Assembly: GCF_963921235.1 (NCBI RefSeq)
Contig: NC_086108.1
Location: forward strand, 19,282,001 to 19,346,000
DNA: 64,000 bases
DNA from: Mobula hypostoma
Taxonomy: Eukaryota
Direction of reading: 5' to 3'
In this document: piece by piece, positions 1 to 11,343 of the stretch
How the letters are laid out: the number at the start of each line of letters is the position of its first letter
Numbering within the stretch: the first letter of the stretch is position 1
Notes under the pieces: model-generated
Database searches by the model: none
Told to the model about the DNA's origin: nothing
What the model saw: the letters and a program-made list of their open reading frames with translations, nothing else
Translations under genes and position numbers: made by a program

Positions 1-615
1 GAGGCGCTGCTCAGAATAGGTGCTGAGCATGAACAATAGAAGCAGAGGCTTATCACACCAGACAAGGCCCAAGATGCAGACTGTACAAGGAATCCACTGA
101 AACCATCCAGCACATAGTAGCAGGATGCGAGATGCAGGCAGGGACAGCATACACTGAACAGCACGTCCAAGTTGCAGGAATTGTATACAGGAACATCTTT
201 GCTGAGTTTGGATTGGACACTCCCAAGTCCAACTGGGAAACACCCGAAAAATCTGTGGGACTTCCAAATACAGACTGGTAAGTAGGTCCTGGCCAACTAA
301 CCGGACATAGTAATACTGGACAAGGAACAGAAGAAAGCAATAGTAATAGATGTGGCAATCCTGAATGACAGTAACATCAGGAAGAAAGGATATGAGAAGT
401 TGTAGAAATACCAGGGCTTGAAAGAGCAGATAGAAAGGTTGTGGAAGGTTTTATAGTAATCCCAGTGGTGATAGCAGCACTTTGAACTGTGACACCTGGA
501 CTGGGGGAGTGGCTCCAACAAAACCCAGGAACAACATTTGAGATCTTGGTCCAGAAGAGTGCACGACTAGGAACAGCAAAGGTACTGCACCAACCCTCAA
601 GCTCCCAGGCATCTG

Positions 616-617
<2 letters not shown>
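1..617 (+). mobile_element. 3' end of an R4/Dong-clade (restriction-like endonuclease) non-LTR retrotransposon, degenerate
   Basis: Broken + frames read CRL..ETIQHIVAGC (CCHC knuckle), then PDIVILDKEQKKAIVIDVA (PD..D RLE motif), then LVQKSARLGTAKVLH. Several stops and frameshifts. Runs off the window start. Confidence 0.8.

Positions 618-666
<49 letters not shown>
618..666. repeat. (GT)n microsatellite
   Basis: Uninterrupted GT run directly after the R4-like 3' end. Confidence 0.98.
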
Positions 667-667
<1 letters not shown>

Positions 668-807
668 TAGATGCACCTTTGGCAGCAATGACAGCCTTGA
701 GTCTGTGTGGTCTCTATCAGCTTTGCACATCTGGACACTGCAATTTTTTCCCCCATTCTTCTTTACAAAACTGCTCAAGCTCTGTCAGATTGCATGGGGA
801 TCATGAG

Positions 808-1205
808 TGTTGTTGCGTGAATGAAATCACCGGAGAGAGTTACTGGTAGATACAAAGCAGCTTCTTTATTCAACAAAACAAGGTACAGCAGGCATCATAC
901 CTAGACGCTTTCAGTAGAAAGGTCTGCTGGCCCAACATGGGGCTCGATATTTATTTGCTAAGTACAAAGGGCAATCCATATTTACAAAGTATAAACAATG
1001 CTTTCTTTTGAAGCTACATACAAACTTCACACCTTCTGATTACATCTATCCCACCAGCAACAGCAGCGTCTGGACTGGGATCCACAGCTTTTAGGAAAAG
1101 CATTGTTCCAAATTAAATCCACAATACCATATCAAGGAACAGAAGACTGGTAACCAAAGTTATTGGCTAAATGTAAATGACCTAAGCTCTAAAATCACTC
1201 TAACA
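808..1205 (-). repeat. ERV 3' LTR (398 bp)
   Basis: TGTTGTTG...CTCTAACA, a direct repeat of 4374-4749. TTTATT near the left end is AATAAA on the minus strand. Confidence 0.93.
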
Positions 1206-1217
1206 GTCCCTCCTCTT
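1206..1217 (-). promoter_or_regulatory. Polypurine tract
   Basis: Minus strand AAGAGGAGGGAC immediately precedes the 3' LTR. Confidence 0.85.
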
Positions 1218-1871
1218 GGCCCTCCTGGACAAAAATAAATTTGTACCAGGAAAGGCCAACCTAGGAGGATCTACTCAAATAGGGCAGCAAAAATGCCCTG
1301 TCTCAAAATTCCTCCCCCGCCCCCAATTTTGTGTACCTCAATATCTACCCTAGCATTCCCGAATCGCTACCTACCAAATGTTAAGCAGACAGGTTGTTCC
1401 AGAAATTTGAACAAGTCTTTGGAAATGTGGCTTCTTTCGTGTGCTCTTTCTCTGCAGGCTGATTGCAGCTTAATCACATTCCTTTGTCTTCAGCTCTTCA
1501 TTCTCTGGTTGCTGAAACTCTTTCCAGGAGCACCCACAGGGCCTCTCATCGATGTACAGGAAGGGGTTGGGGTGGCCTCTATGTAAATGTCTGCAAGGAC
1601 CTCTCCCCAGTGGCACCCCCTTCCGAGCTGTCCAATCACTGGCCCAACTGCTGAAAGGGCCCAGCTCCTCATTCAGACTGGGGGTGACTGCCTTCGGATG
1701 TCGTGTGCAGTCTGAAATGCCATTGAAGTTGTGAAACTTGCTGTCTCTACTCTAACTTAAAAATCCCTCCCCATCTATTTTCCAATCTTTTCTATTATAT
1801 GCTATGAAACTAATCATCTACCTTCAGCAACCAGCCTTCATCACACAGTACCATCTTCACACTTTAACATG

Positions 1872-2225
1872 CTATTCATGGTTTTCTGTCATTCTCTCAA
1901 TGTCTTCTGCCATGCTGTCAGGGTTTTCTGCCTCTGCGTTTCCTCCAGGTATGTTTTCATCAGCAGTGGTTAGGTCTAGCATGGCCAGCTGGTGTTCCTC
2001 TCTTAGGTTTTCTGTAATTACATGGTTACTGGGTACACTTGATCCCCCGCTCTGTCTGTGGGAGCAACAAGAGGGTGAGTTGTATGCTTTAACCTGAGTC
2101 CAGTGTTTCCACTGGCTGCCTCGCCAAGCGTGCACATAAACACAAGTATCATTGGTTAAGAGTACCATCTGTGGTCCTATCCACTTGGGGGCAAATCCTG
2201 GCCTTTCTGGCAGCACCCTCATCAT
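1872..2225 (-). pseudogene. pol: Retroviral integrase C-terminal (SH3-like) fragment
   Basis: APKWIGPQMVLLTNDTCVYV...WKHWTQVKAY matches the retroviral P(R/K)WxGPxxV(L)LT...W.H.S.VK pattern. Confidence 0.8.
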
Positions 2226-2330
2226 GACTTGGTTGGCTGGCTGTGGAAGGAATACCTCCTTTCCCTCTGGCTCTCTCTGATCAGCGATTTGCTGCTGTTG
2301 TTTTGCTCAGTCCTTCACACTTTAAGTTGG

Positions 2331-2897
2331 TTACAAAGGTCTTTCACATATTTTCCTTCTATCCCTGTTAATCCCAGGCTCCCTGCAACCCATAATTACC
2401 CCATGATATAACTTCAGTAATATCTGCCTAATACATGGTGGGTTTATCCTTACTTGACCACAATCTTGCTTGTGTGTAGCCCACACTGCTGGGAACTGCT
2501 GACAAAGTAACCCATAGACACCACCCTGGCTCCAGTCTCCGGTGATCGGGGCAGCTGCGACCAGGCTGTGTATTATGTTGGTTGTACGCATTTGCTGCCC
2601 CTGACTTTTCCATATTATTTCTCCTTTTCCCGAATCTGTAACAGCTCCTGCTCCCCCTATTCCAAGGATAGTGCCCTCGATATTTGGACATACCCAGAAA
2701 TACACTGGAAGCTGCACTCCCCAGATTTCTAGTATTTGCAACTCGCTTCTTTCTGCTTTCACTGTTTTCCCTCCTACACCTGGAATATAAATGGCCTGTC
2801 CAGTTGTTGGCAAGGGTAAGTCTGTTATCAATACCAATGCCCCTGTGTCCACTAACATATTGCATTGCCGTCCCCCTAGCGTTGCTGTTGTGTACAT
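2331..2897 (-). pseudogene. pro: Retroviral aspartic protease plus first residues of RT, fused by deletion to late pol
   Basis: MLVDTGA catalytic motif, GVGG flap and ILG motif, then FPAVWATHKQDCG (RT N-terminus). No YxDD core remains. Confidence 0.88.
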
Positions 2898-4029
2898 CCG
2901 CGGGTCACCAGCGCTGGCAATGGGGCCCGCCGCCCATCCTTTTCTGACCTAGGAGCCGTCTTTGCCAGCTCCTTGATCTGATCGACAATCAGATTGGTCA
3001 GACTGGGCACCGATGGGGTGAGAGATTGCGTGTCTGCTGTGACGTTCACCTGTTTTTCTTTCCTCTGTTTTGGACACTGCCTCCAACCATGTCCCAATAG
3101 GCCGCACCTGTAGCATATCAACTCCTTTACCCTCTCACGTCTATTCCCAGCAATGCCTTGCTTCGTGCCCTGGCTGCTAGCAAGCAAAACAAACTCTCTG
3201 GAACTTCGCAGCAGTTGCATCCACTATAGCCACTTTATGATCTCTCTGGCACTTTCTTCAGTCTATCTCTCTGGCCCATGAAACAATTGCAGAGTAGGTC
3301 AACCCCACCGTTATGCCTAAACCTAAAACTTCCTGGTGGGCTGAGCTCAGGTCTTCCTTCAGCATTTTCAGTTAGACTTGGTCATCCCTCCCTAGATTAT
3401 CCAACCCTGAATAGTCCTCATATGCTCGATATTTACGATCTGCATAATCCATGGCCATCTCAACAGCTTTTTGAATCACTGCTGTTATCACTCCCCAGCT
3501 ACTCTCGCTGCCTCACCTCCCCTTTAAAAGAGCAATATCCTTCTTCATTGTTGGCATTCCCGGTGGTTGCCCAGGTACCATCCCGCACCCCCTGGGCCAT
3601 CTTGTCCCACATATTCCTCGGGCACTTCACTTTTACCAACACGTGTATATCTTTAGGGTGCATCTGGTGAACTTCAACCATTTCCTCAAGCTTACGCCAG
3701 AATTCTGAATTCCCGCATGCAACTTTAAGTGAGGGCAACTCAGACAAAATGCTCTGTTTCTCCCCAGGGGTGAAGGGTTTATGAATGGTCGTAATCATTG
3801 TCAAGGGCTGGCTTGGATCATCAGGATTCTCAATAGGTGCCATCCTGACAGATATATTTGGGTAAAACCTCTCCCTGAAATATCTCCACACTAATTCCCA
3901 CACTACGCAAAATATAAAAGATGGATACCAGTTAAACAGCATGTACTTAAAACCGCAGAGTACGTACTCTGCAAACAGCCACTTTAGAGCACCTAAGCTC
4001 ATTATGCCCTCTGTATTCCTTTGCATCAT
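2876..4029 (-). pseudogene. gag: Retroviral gag, disrupted (ORFs 3499..4029 and 2876..3220)
   Basis: CYRCGLLGHGWRQC zinc knuckle. KPFTPGEKQSILSELP resembles a capsid start. Located between the PBS and the protease. Confidence 0.85.
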
Positions 4030-4353
4030 ATTTGCAGAACGTATACACTAAAATGCAGTTCCCCCTATGAGTATACATGCCCCCACTCTGGTGTCCTGAA
4101 CCGTCGGTTACCACCTTTCACAATTGGTGGCTCCATCTCACCAAGTTAACATGCAAAGTTTCCTCACTTACATAAACACACATGCACACGCACACACCAC
4201 TTTTCTATCTACCAGTTCAGCTCTCCGCGTTCGTGATACCTCGTGTTCCCGTGTACCACCGACCCGAACAGATCCAAGTGTGAGTGCTATTTTAGAAAAT
4301 ACTCACCCACTTAGACTGATAAGATCACTGGCCACACGATGGGTCACGAAGGT

Positions 4354-4371
4354 ATCCCACTCCTGACACCA
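4354..4371 (-). promoter_or_regulatory. Primer-binding site complementary to tRNA-Leu
   Basis: Minus strand TGGTGTCAGGAGTGGGAT, 2 nt after the 5' LTR, complements the vertebrate tRNA-Leu(CAG) 3' end ATCCCACTCCTGACACCA. Confidence 0.9.
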
Positions 4372-4373
4372 AA

Positions 4374-4749
4374 TGTTGTTGCATGAATTAAGTCACTGGA
4401 GAGAGTTACTGATAGATACAAAGCAGCTTCTTTATTCGACAAAACAAGGTACAGCAGGCATCATACTGAGACACTTTCAGTGGAAAGGTCTGCTGGCCCA
4501 ACATGGGGCTCGATATTTATTTGCTAAACACAAAGGGCAATCCATATTTACAAAGTATAGACAATGCTTTCTATTGAAGCTACATACAAACTTCACACCT
4601 TCTGATTACATCCATCCCACCGGTGCCAGCAGCATCTGGAAAAGCATTGTTCCAAATTAAATCCACAATACCATATCAAGGAACAGAAGACTGGTAGCCA
4701 AAGTTATTGGCTAAATGTAAATGACCTAAACCCAAAAATCACTCTAACA
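4374..4749 (-). repeat. ERV 5' LTR (376 bp)
   Basis: Direct repeat of 808-1205, lacking an approximately 22-bp segment. Confidence 0.93.
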
Positions 4750-5624
4750 GTGAGTAAACAACCTTTTTCAAGTCCAGCCACAAATTCTCAATTGGATTGA
4801 GGTCAGGACTCACTTGGTCACTCAAGGACATTGACTTTGATGTTTTTAAGCCATTCCTGTGTAGCTTTAGCTGTATGCTTGGGATCATTGTCTTGCTGGA
4901 AAACAAATTTCTCCCAAGTCACAGTTCTCTTGCAGACTTCAGAGTCTCCCACATACCTTCTGGCCAACTTTAGCTGAGATTTCATGTGAGCTTTTCAACA
5001 GTGGCTTTCTCTTTGCCACCCTCCCACAAAGCTGTGACTGTTGAAGCACCCGGGCAACAACTGTTGTACGCGCAGTCGCTCCCATCTCAGCCACTGAAGC
5101 TTGTAACCTCTCCAGAGTTGTCATAGACCTCTTTGTGCCCTCCCTCACTCGTCTTCTTCTTGCATGGTCACTCAGTTTTTTGAGGATGGCCTGCTCTAGG
5201 CAGATTTACAGCTGTGCCATATTATTTCCATTTCTTGTGATGATTGACTTAACTGTACTCTAAGGAACATTTAGTGACTTGGAAATTTTCTTGTATCCAT
5301 CTTCTACTTGTCCTTTTCAATAACCTTTTCTTGAAGTTGCTTCAAGTGTTCCTTTATCTTCATGGAGTAGTTTTGCTAGGATACTGACTCACCAGCAGTT
5401 GGACCTTCCAGATACAATCAATTGAAACATCTTGTTACAGGTGATCTCCATTGAATTAATTATGTGACTTCTAAAACCAAACTGGCAGCACCAGTGATGA
5501 TTGGGTGTGTCATACTAATAGGCATGAATACTTATGCAATCAATTATTTGTATTTTATATTTGTAATTAACTTTGATCACTTTGTAGAGATAATACATAG
5601 TTTTAAAAAAAGAGAAAAAATAGT

Positions 5625-6100
5625 GAGGATTCATTGTCCATTCAGAAATCCGATAGCAGAGGAGAAGAAGCTGTACCCAAAATGTTGAGTGTGTATCTTC
5701 AGATTCCTGTACTTCCTCCTTGATGGTAGTAATGAGAAGAGGGCATGTCCTGGGTGATGGCGGTCCTTAATGATGGATGGCGCTTTTCTGAGGCATGGCC
5801 TTTTGATGATGTCCTCGATGGTGTGGAAGCTAATGCCCATAATGGAGCTGGCTGAGTTTACAACTTTCTGCAGTTTATTTCAATCCTGTGCAGTGGCCTT
5901 TCTATACCAAATGATGATGCAATCAGTTAGACTGCTTTATACGGTACATCTGTAGAAATTCTTGAAAATCTTTGGTGACATAACAAGTTTCCCTAAACTC
6001 CTAACGAAATATGGTTGTTTTCATGCCTTCTTTGTAGTTGGATCAGTATGTTGGGCCCAGGATAGATCTGCAGAGATGTTGACACCCGGGAACTTGAAAC
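5625..6100 (-). mobile_element. Rex1/Babar-type LINE 3' fragment
   Basis: CLRKAPSIIKDRHHPGHALFSLLPSRRKYR..FGYSFFSSAIGFLN, the typical Rex1/Babar C-terminus. Confidence 0.8.
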
Positions 6101-6149
6101 ACACCTATCCCAATAAAGGAGCTCTCCACTTTACCCATAAAGAAGAAAG

Positions 6150-6350
6150 CACTTAACTCCAAGTGGAGTCATCAGGACGCCATCATGACGACACTTTTTT
6201 TAGCAGGCTTTCTTATTTTAATGAGGCTGAGTTGCTAGCTCGACGCTCAACCCAGCACGGATGGAAAGCGTGCAAGGGAGCTGGCTGGATTCGAACTCGG
6301 GAGCCTTCGCTCCGAAGTCCGGCGCTGATGCCACTACGCCATCAGCCAGG
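6150..6350 (-). mobile_element. tRNA-derived SINE
   Basis: Minus strand has A box TGGCGTAGTGG and B box GAGTTCGAATCC, followed by an A-rich stretch. CpGs are retained, suggesting a young copy. Confidence 0.75.
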
Positions 6351-7204
6351 GACTTTATGCAAAAAGGCCACCATATTAATTTGTCAGTAGCAGAATAGCT
6401 ACCCACCAAGCAGGAAAAAATGCTCTGCCAATAAAGTGCAGCAAAATCACCCCATTAACGCAAAGCCCATCACCCCAATCAATGGCAGCATAGTCATTTC
6501 AATGGAAAGAAGCAAAGGTTTCCCAAAAAGAGAAGCACATTTATACCAGCAAAGGAAAGGGCATATGCCCCAGAAAAAGTCACCATATGTGTTCCAGTCA
6601 GGTGCAGAACAGCCAAGTCAACATACTCTGCTTGAATGTGCCATTAAAGAGACACTGAGTTCATAAACATAAGCTCATCAATCCCGAGAATGGACAGGTC
6701 CATTCTTCCTATAAGGGCAGCATGTTGGGCCCAGTACCAGGCATAACATCTGTGTAAAGGACAGCAAAACCATCACAATAAAAGCAAACTTTCTACTCCA
6801 ATCAGCAGCAGCAAAGCCATTCCAAATACTGAAACCGCAGATATCTCAATAAAAAGCAGCACACACATAATATTGAAAAGAACGGGTATCCCAATGCAGA
6901 ACGATGGTGTCCTAACCAAGTGCAGCAAAGCTACCCAACCAAGAGATGTACAGGTATCCAAATAAGGGAAACTACAAGCATCTCAAAATAGGAAGTTCCA
7001 GGTATCTGAACAACTGGCAGCACAGGTATCCCAATTTACGGAATCACAGATATCTCAATAAAAGGGCACGCATGTATCTCAGTGTAGGGAAGGAGTAGGC
7101 TCCAAATAATGAGGAACACAATAAAAGAGAACACAGATATCCAAATAAAATTGAGCACAGGTATTCCAATAAAGGACAGGTCTAGGATTCTAATAAAGGA
7201 TAGT

Positions 7205-7561
7205 GGGGCATGCCCTTTTCTCACTGTTACCATCAGGTAGGAGATTCAGAAGCCCGAAGGCACACACTCAGCGATTCAGGAACAGCTTCTTCCCCTCTGC
7301 CATCCAATTCCTAAATGGACATTGAAGCTTTGGACACTACCTCACTTTTTTAAAAAATTTACATTATTTCTATTTTTGCATATTTTTTTCATCTATTCAA
7401 CATACGCAATTGATTTGCTTGTTTATTTATTATTATTGTTTTATTTTATTAATTATTAATTTTTTTCTCTCTGCTAGACTTTGTATTGCATTGAACTGCT
7501 GCTGCTAAGTTAACAGATTTCACGTCACATGCCGGAGATAATAAACCTGATTCTGATTCTG
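7205..7561 (+). mobile_element. Rex1/Babar 3' end with (ATTCTG)n tail
   Basis: HALFSLLPSGRRFRS..RFRNSFFPSAI coding relic, then AATAAACCTGATTCTGATTCTG. Confidence 0.8.
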
Positions 7562-7771
7562 GATGTATCACAACAATGGGTGACACAAGCATCTGTACAA
7601 AGGGAAGCAGAGGTATCCTACATGGATCAACACAGCTATGTCAAAGAGGAGCACAAGAAACCCGAAAGGGGCAGCAAAGCTCTCCCAATAATGAGAAGCG
7701 CAGGTATTCCAAAACAGGGCAGCATGGCTACCCCATAGAGGGAAGACGTGCTTACTCACTGCCCATTACAC

Positions 7772-8793
7772 CAGGGGTCCCCAACCTTTTTTGCACTGCG
7801 GAACGGTTTCATATTGACAATATTCTTGCGGACTGGCCGACCGGGGGGCCGGGGGGGAGGTGGTAGGGTTGCCAACGAACAAAAGTAGCAGTCAAACACG
7901 TTGGGTTTACCCCGAGAAAGACTACAATGACCATGAAGCCTTGCACGGGCACCAGTACGCATGCGTGTATGTGCCAATTTTTTTCTACAAATCGTTTTTG
8001 GCGATTCTGTTCGGGGGGGGTGTTAATCACGAACGCAATATAGGTGATAAGTGGCTAATACACTCAATTCGGTATTATTATTTAAAGAAAAATTGAATAG
8101 CTATATGAAGAGGAAAGAAATGGTGGGTTATGGGCTGAATGCAGGTCAGTGGGACTAGGTGAGAGTAGCGTTCGGCACGGACTAGAAGGGCAGAGATCGC
8201 TTGTTTCCGTGCTGTAATTGTTATATGGTTATATAAGTCAATAGTATCATAACATTTTAAGTAACGTTTGGATATTAAACACACAGCACATATTTTCCCC
8301 CTGTGAACATATAAAGTCATTGCAACGCACTAATATCGCTGAATCAGTGGGAGCCCTTGGCTTGTTTCCCTGCAACAAGACGGTCCTGTCGAGGGGTGAT
8401 GGGAGACAGTGATACTCGAAGGAGGTTCCTTATGTCCAGTGTATTCCGCAATTTAGTTTTCGTTGCATTCCTTGCAGAGATATGTTGGAAATGGAAGCAA
8501 CGTTTTCAGTGCTTTTGTGGATATCTCAGGATATTTAGCCTTGACTTTGATCCAGAATGCCAGCAGAGATTTTATGTCAAACATGCTTTTTAGCCCGCTG
8601 TCATTTGCAAGCGCGAGGAGTTGATCTCCTTCCCGCGCTGACATGGATGACGCGCAGGTAATGACCTCGCGTGTGTTCAAGCTCAACAGTGGGTGTGACA
8701 GGGAATGAGGAAAGGTGCAGCTGACTCATATCGCCAAATCATATCGTCTCCTCGCGGCCCGGTAGCGCATGCTTTGGTGGTTGGGGACTGCTG
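7772..8793 (-). mobile_element. Non-autonomous hAT (Charlie/Buster-like) element
   Basis: TIRs CAGGGGTCCCCAACC / GGTTGGGGACTGCTG, 8-bp TSD CATTACAC/CATTACCC, and hAT dimerisation relic FWIKVKAKYPEISTKALKTLLPFPTYLC (8453..8686). Contains a CR1 tail at about 8090-8232. Confidence 0.9.
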
Positions 8794-8829
8794 CATTACC
8801 CCACTGGTGTTTAGGACAGCAATAAAGAT

Positions 8830-9156
8830 CTCCACCTCTGGCAGAGTTCATCATACTAGAGGGTTCCTCTCGGTTTTCACAACTGTAAATCATGCATGTC
8901 CCAGCTGGAGACTCTGGAATACCGTTGCACTCAGATGGAGAAGGATTCTTCATTGCTCTGTCCCAAGTTTAACCGGTTGTTAGCCCTGAGCTGACCTCTC
9001 AAACTGAGAATGCGTGGTGGACGGCTCTTAGTCTGGCCTCAGCCCTTTGATCTGTTTGGCATGGGTGACCCTACGAAGAGCCCTGACTCCAGGCAATGTA
9101 GCTCTCTGGGCTATTGAGGCACACAAGCCTCTAAACCACAACAAGGTTGTGGTCTT
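8830..9156 (-). mobile_element. RTE-clade LINE 5' end with structured leader
   Basis: Minus strand GACCACAACCTTGTTGTGG..GAGGCTTGTGTGCCTCAAT..GTAGGGTCACCCATGCCAAACAG resembles the RTE/BovB-type 5' UTR. Confidence 0.6.
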
Positions 9157-9249
9157 AGACAATATAGGGAAGATAAGTGGCTCAAATGCTTCACAATGAA
9201 AGGAAACAAAGGTCAGCCACTTCAAGAAGCAAGGCAGAATGCACACCCA

Positions 9250-9800
9250 CCTCTATGAATGGTGCTGAAAAGGAGATGGATCAGAGTTTCAAATTCCTAT
9301 GTGTAAGCATCGCCAACAACCTGTCCTGCTTCAGCCACATGGAAGCTATGGACAAGAAAGTGTGCCAGAGCCTCCACTTCCTCAGAAGGCTAAGGAAATT
9401 CCACATTTTTTTTTCCTTTTGCATTACCTTAATGTACTGATGCATGGAACAATCTGCCTGGATGGTAAGCTTTTCACTATATCCCAGTACATGTGGCAAT
9501 ATTAGACCCATTACCAAAGGCAGCCCCATTGATGTGAACTTCACTCCTTTGAGAACATTTACAGCAGCATGTGCATAAAGAAGGCCTGGAAGATCATTGG
9601 GGACACCAGTCATCCAAACCATAAGGCAAATGGTAATATAGCATTAAAGCCAGGACAAACAGGCTACGGAACATTCTTTCTCCAAGCCTTTAGACTTGCA
9701 GATTCACATGTCTGTACACTGCGATGGTGTCATAACGCAAAGATTTTTACTCCCTCACGTTTAAGATTTAAATAAATAACTATTATTATTATTATTTTAA
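9250..9800 (+). mobile_element. Rex1/Babar fragment, degenerate
   Basis: SFKFLCVSIANNLS..LHFLRRLRKF and KAWKIIGDTSHP. Confidence 0.7.
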
Positions 9801-9950
9801 AAAGGCAGCGCAGATATCTCAATAAAGTGCAGCAAAGGAATCCGGCTAAAGGGGTGCACAGAAGCACAGATACACCCATGAAAGGTACTGCCTTCCCAAA
9901 AAGGGCCAGCTCACATGACCCATAACAGACATCCACTGCCGAATAAAGAC

Positions 9951-11343
9951 TAAGACCATAAGACAAAGGAGCAGAAGTCAGCCATTCAGCCCATCCAGTC
10001 TGCTCCGCCATTTTATCTTGAGCTGATCCATTCTCCCATTTAGTCCCACTGCCCCACCTTCTCACCATAATCTTTGATGCCCTGGCTACTCAGATACCTA
10101 TCAATCTCTGCCTTAAATACACCCAATGACTTGGCCTCCACTGCTGCCCGTGGCAACAAATTCCACAGATTCAACACCCTCTGGCTAAAAAAAAATTCTT
10201 CGTATCTCTGTTCTGAATGGGCGCCCTTCAATCCTTAAGTCATGCCCTCTCGTACTAGATTCCCTCACCATGGGAAACAACTTTGCCACATCCACTCTGT
10301 CCATGCCTTTCAACATTCAAAATTTTTCTATGAGGTCCCCCCTCATTCTTCTAAACTCCAAGGAAACTTTTAAAAACTTCCCAATCCTCTGTCTTCCCAC
10401 TAATTTTTGCTTCCTTGTATGCCCTCTCCTTTGCTTTACCTTTGGCTTTGACTTCTCTTGTCAGCCACGGTTGCATCCTTTTTCCATTTGAAAGTTTCTT
10501 CTTTTTTGGAATATTCTGTCTTGCACCTTCCTCACTTCTCGCATAAACTCCAGCCACTGCTGCTCTGCCGTCCTTCCTGCTAGTGTCCTTTTCCAGTCAA
10601 CTTTGGCCAGTTCCTCTCTCAAGCCACTGTAATTTCCTTTACTCCACTGAAATACCAACACATCGGATTTCGGCTTCTCTTTTTCAAATTTCACAGTGAA
10701 CTCAATCATGTTATGATCACCGCTTCATAAGGGTTCCTTCACCTCAATCTCTCTAATCCCCTCCGGTTCATTACACAATACTCAATCCAGTACAGCCGAT
10801 CCCCTAGTGGGCTCAACAACAAGCTGTTCTAAAATGCCATCTCGCAGACATTCTACAAATTCTCTCTCTTGAGATCCAGTGCTGACCTAATTTTCCCAAT
10901 CCACTCGCATGTTAAAATCCCCCACAATTATCATAACACTGCCCTTCTGACAAGCCTTTTCTATTTCCAGTTGTAATTTGTAGTCCACATCATCTGTTAG
11001 GAGGCCTGTATATACAAACATTTGTGTCTGCCATCAGGGTCCTTTTACCCCTGCGATTTCTTAGCTCAACCCATAAAGATTCTGTACCTTCTGATCCTAT
11101 GTAACCTCTTTCTAATGATTTAATATCATTTCTTACCAATAAAGCCACGCCTCCCCCTCTGCCTACCTTCCTATCCTTCCGATACACCATGTATCCTTGG
11201 ACGTTCAGCTCCCAGAGATATGCATCCTTTAGCCACGTCTCAGTGATGGCCACAATATCATACCTGCCTATCTGTAGCTGTAAAACAAGATCATCCACCT
11301 TATTCCTTGTGCTGCGTGCATTTAAGTATAACACCTTAAGTCC
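9951..11343 (-). mobile_element. CR1 LINE, 5'-truncated and internally deleted (same family as 17424-22085)
   Basis: (CATAAGAC) tail and EN motifs YLNARS and ITETW. The 3' end joins the EN-linker region directly at about 10365. Confidence 0.9.

Larger units (their letters stand above)
808..4749 (-). mobile_element. Endogenous retrovirus provirus with internal pol deletion and no env
   Basis: Two TG...CA LTRs (808-1205, 4374-4749), PBS, PPT, gag CCHC, protease DTGA, integrase C-terminus, and 5-bp TSD ATGAG/GTGAG. Confidence 0.93.
667..5600 (-). mobile_element. Tc1/mariner DNA transposon remnant split by the ERV (pieces about 667-807 and 4750-5600)
   Basis: ORF 4939..5148(-) [25 protein letters not shown] is Tc1 transposase HTH-like. 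The flanks ...GGGGATCATGAG and GTGAGTAAACAACC... read as one contiguous Tc1-like sequence across the ERV. Outer ends approximate. Confidence 0.8.
6100..9950. repeat. Highly decayed ~23-bp satellite (consensus about GCACAGGTATCCCAATAAAGG), split by later insertions
   Basis: Motif variants recur near 6103, 6838, 6883, 6950, 7021, 7046, 7133, 7156, 7700 and 9810. Confidence 0.6.

Noticed and set aside
377..849. ORFs with HT and CV dipeptide runs
   Set aside because: Translations of the (GT)n microsatellite.
1218..1870. Possible env or accessory gene in the ERV
   Set aside because: No long minus-strand ORF, furin site, CX6CC motif or TM anchor seen.
6270..6350. Possible tRNA gene
   Set aside because: A and B boxes are present, but the sequence continues into a SINE-like body and tail and I could not build a convincing cloverleaf.
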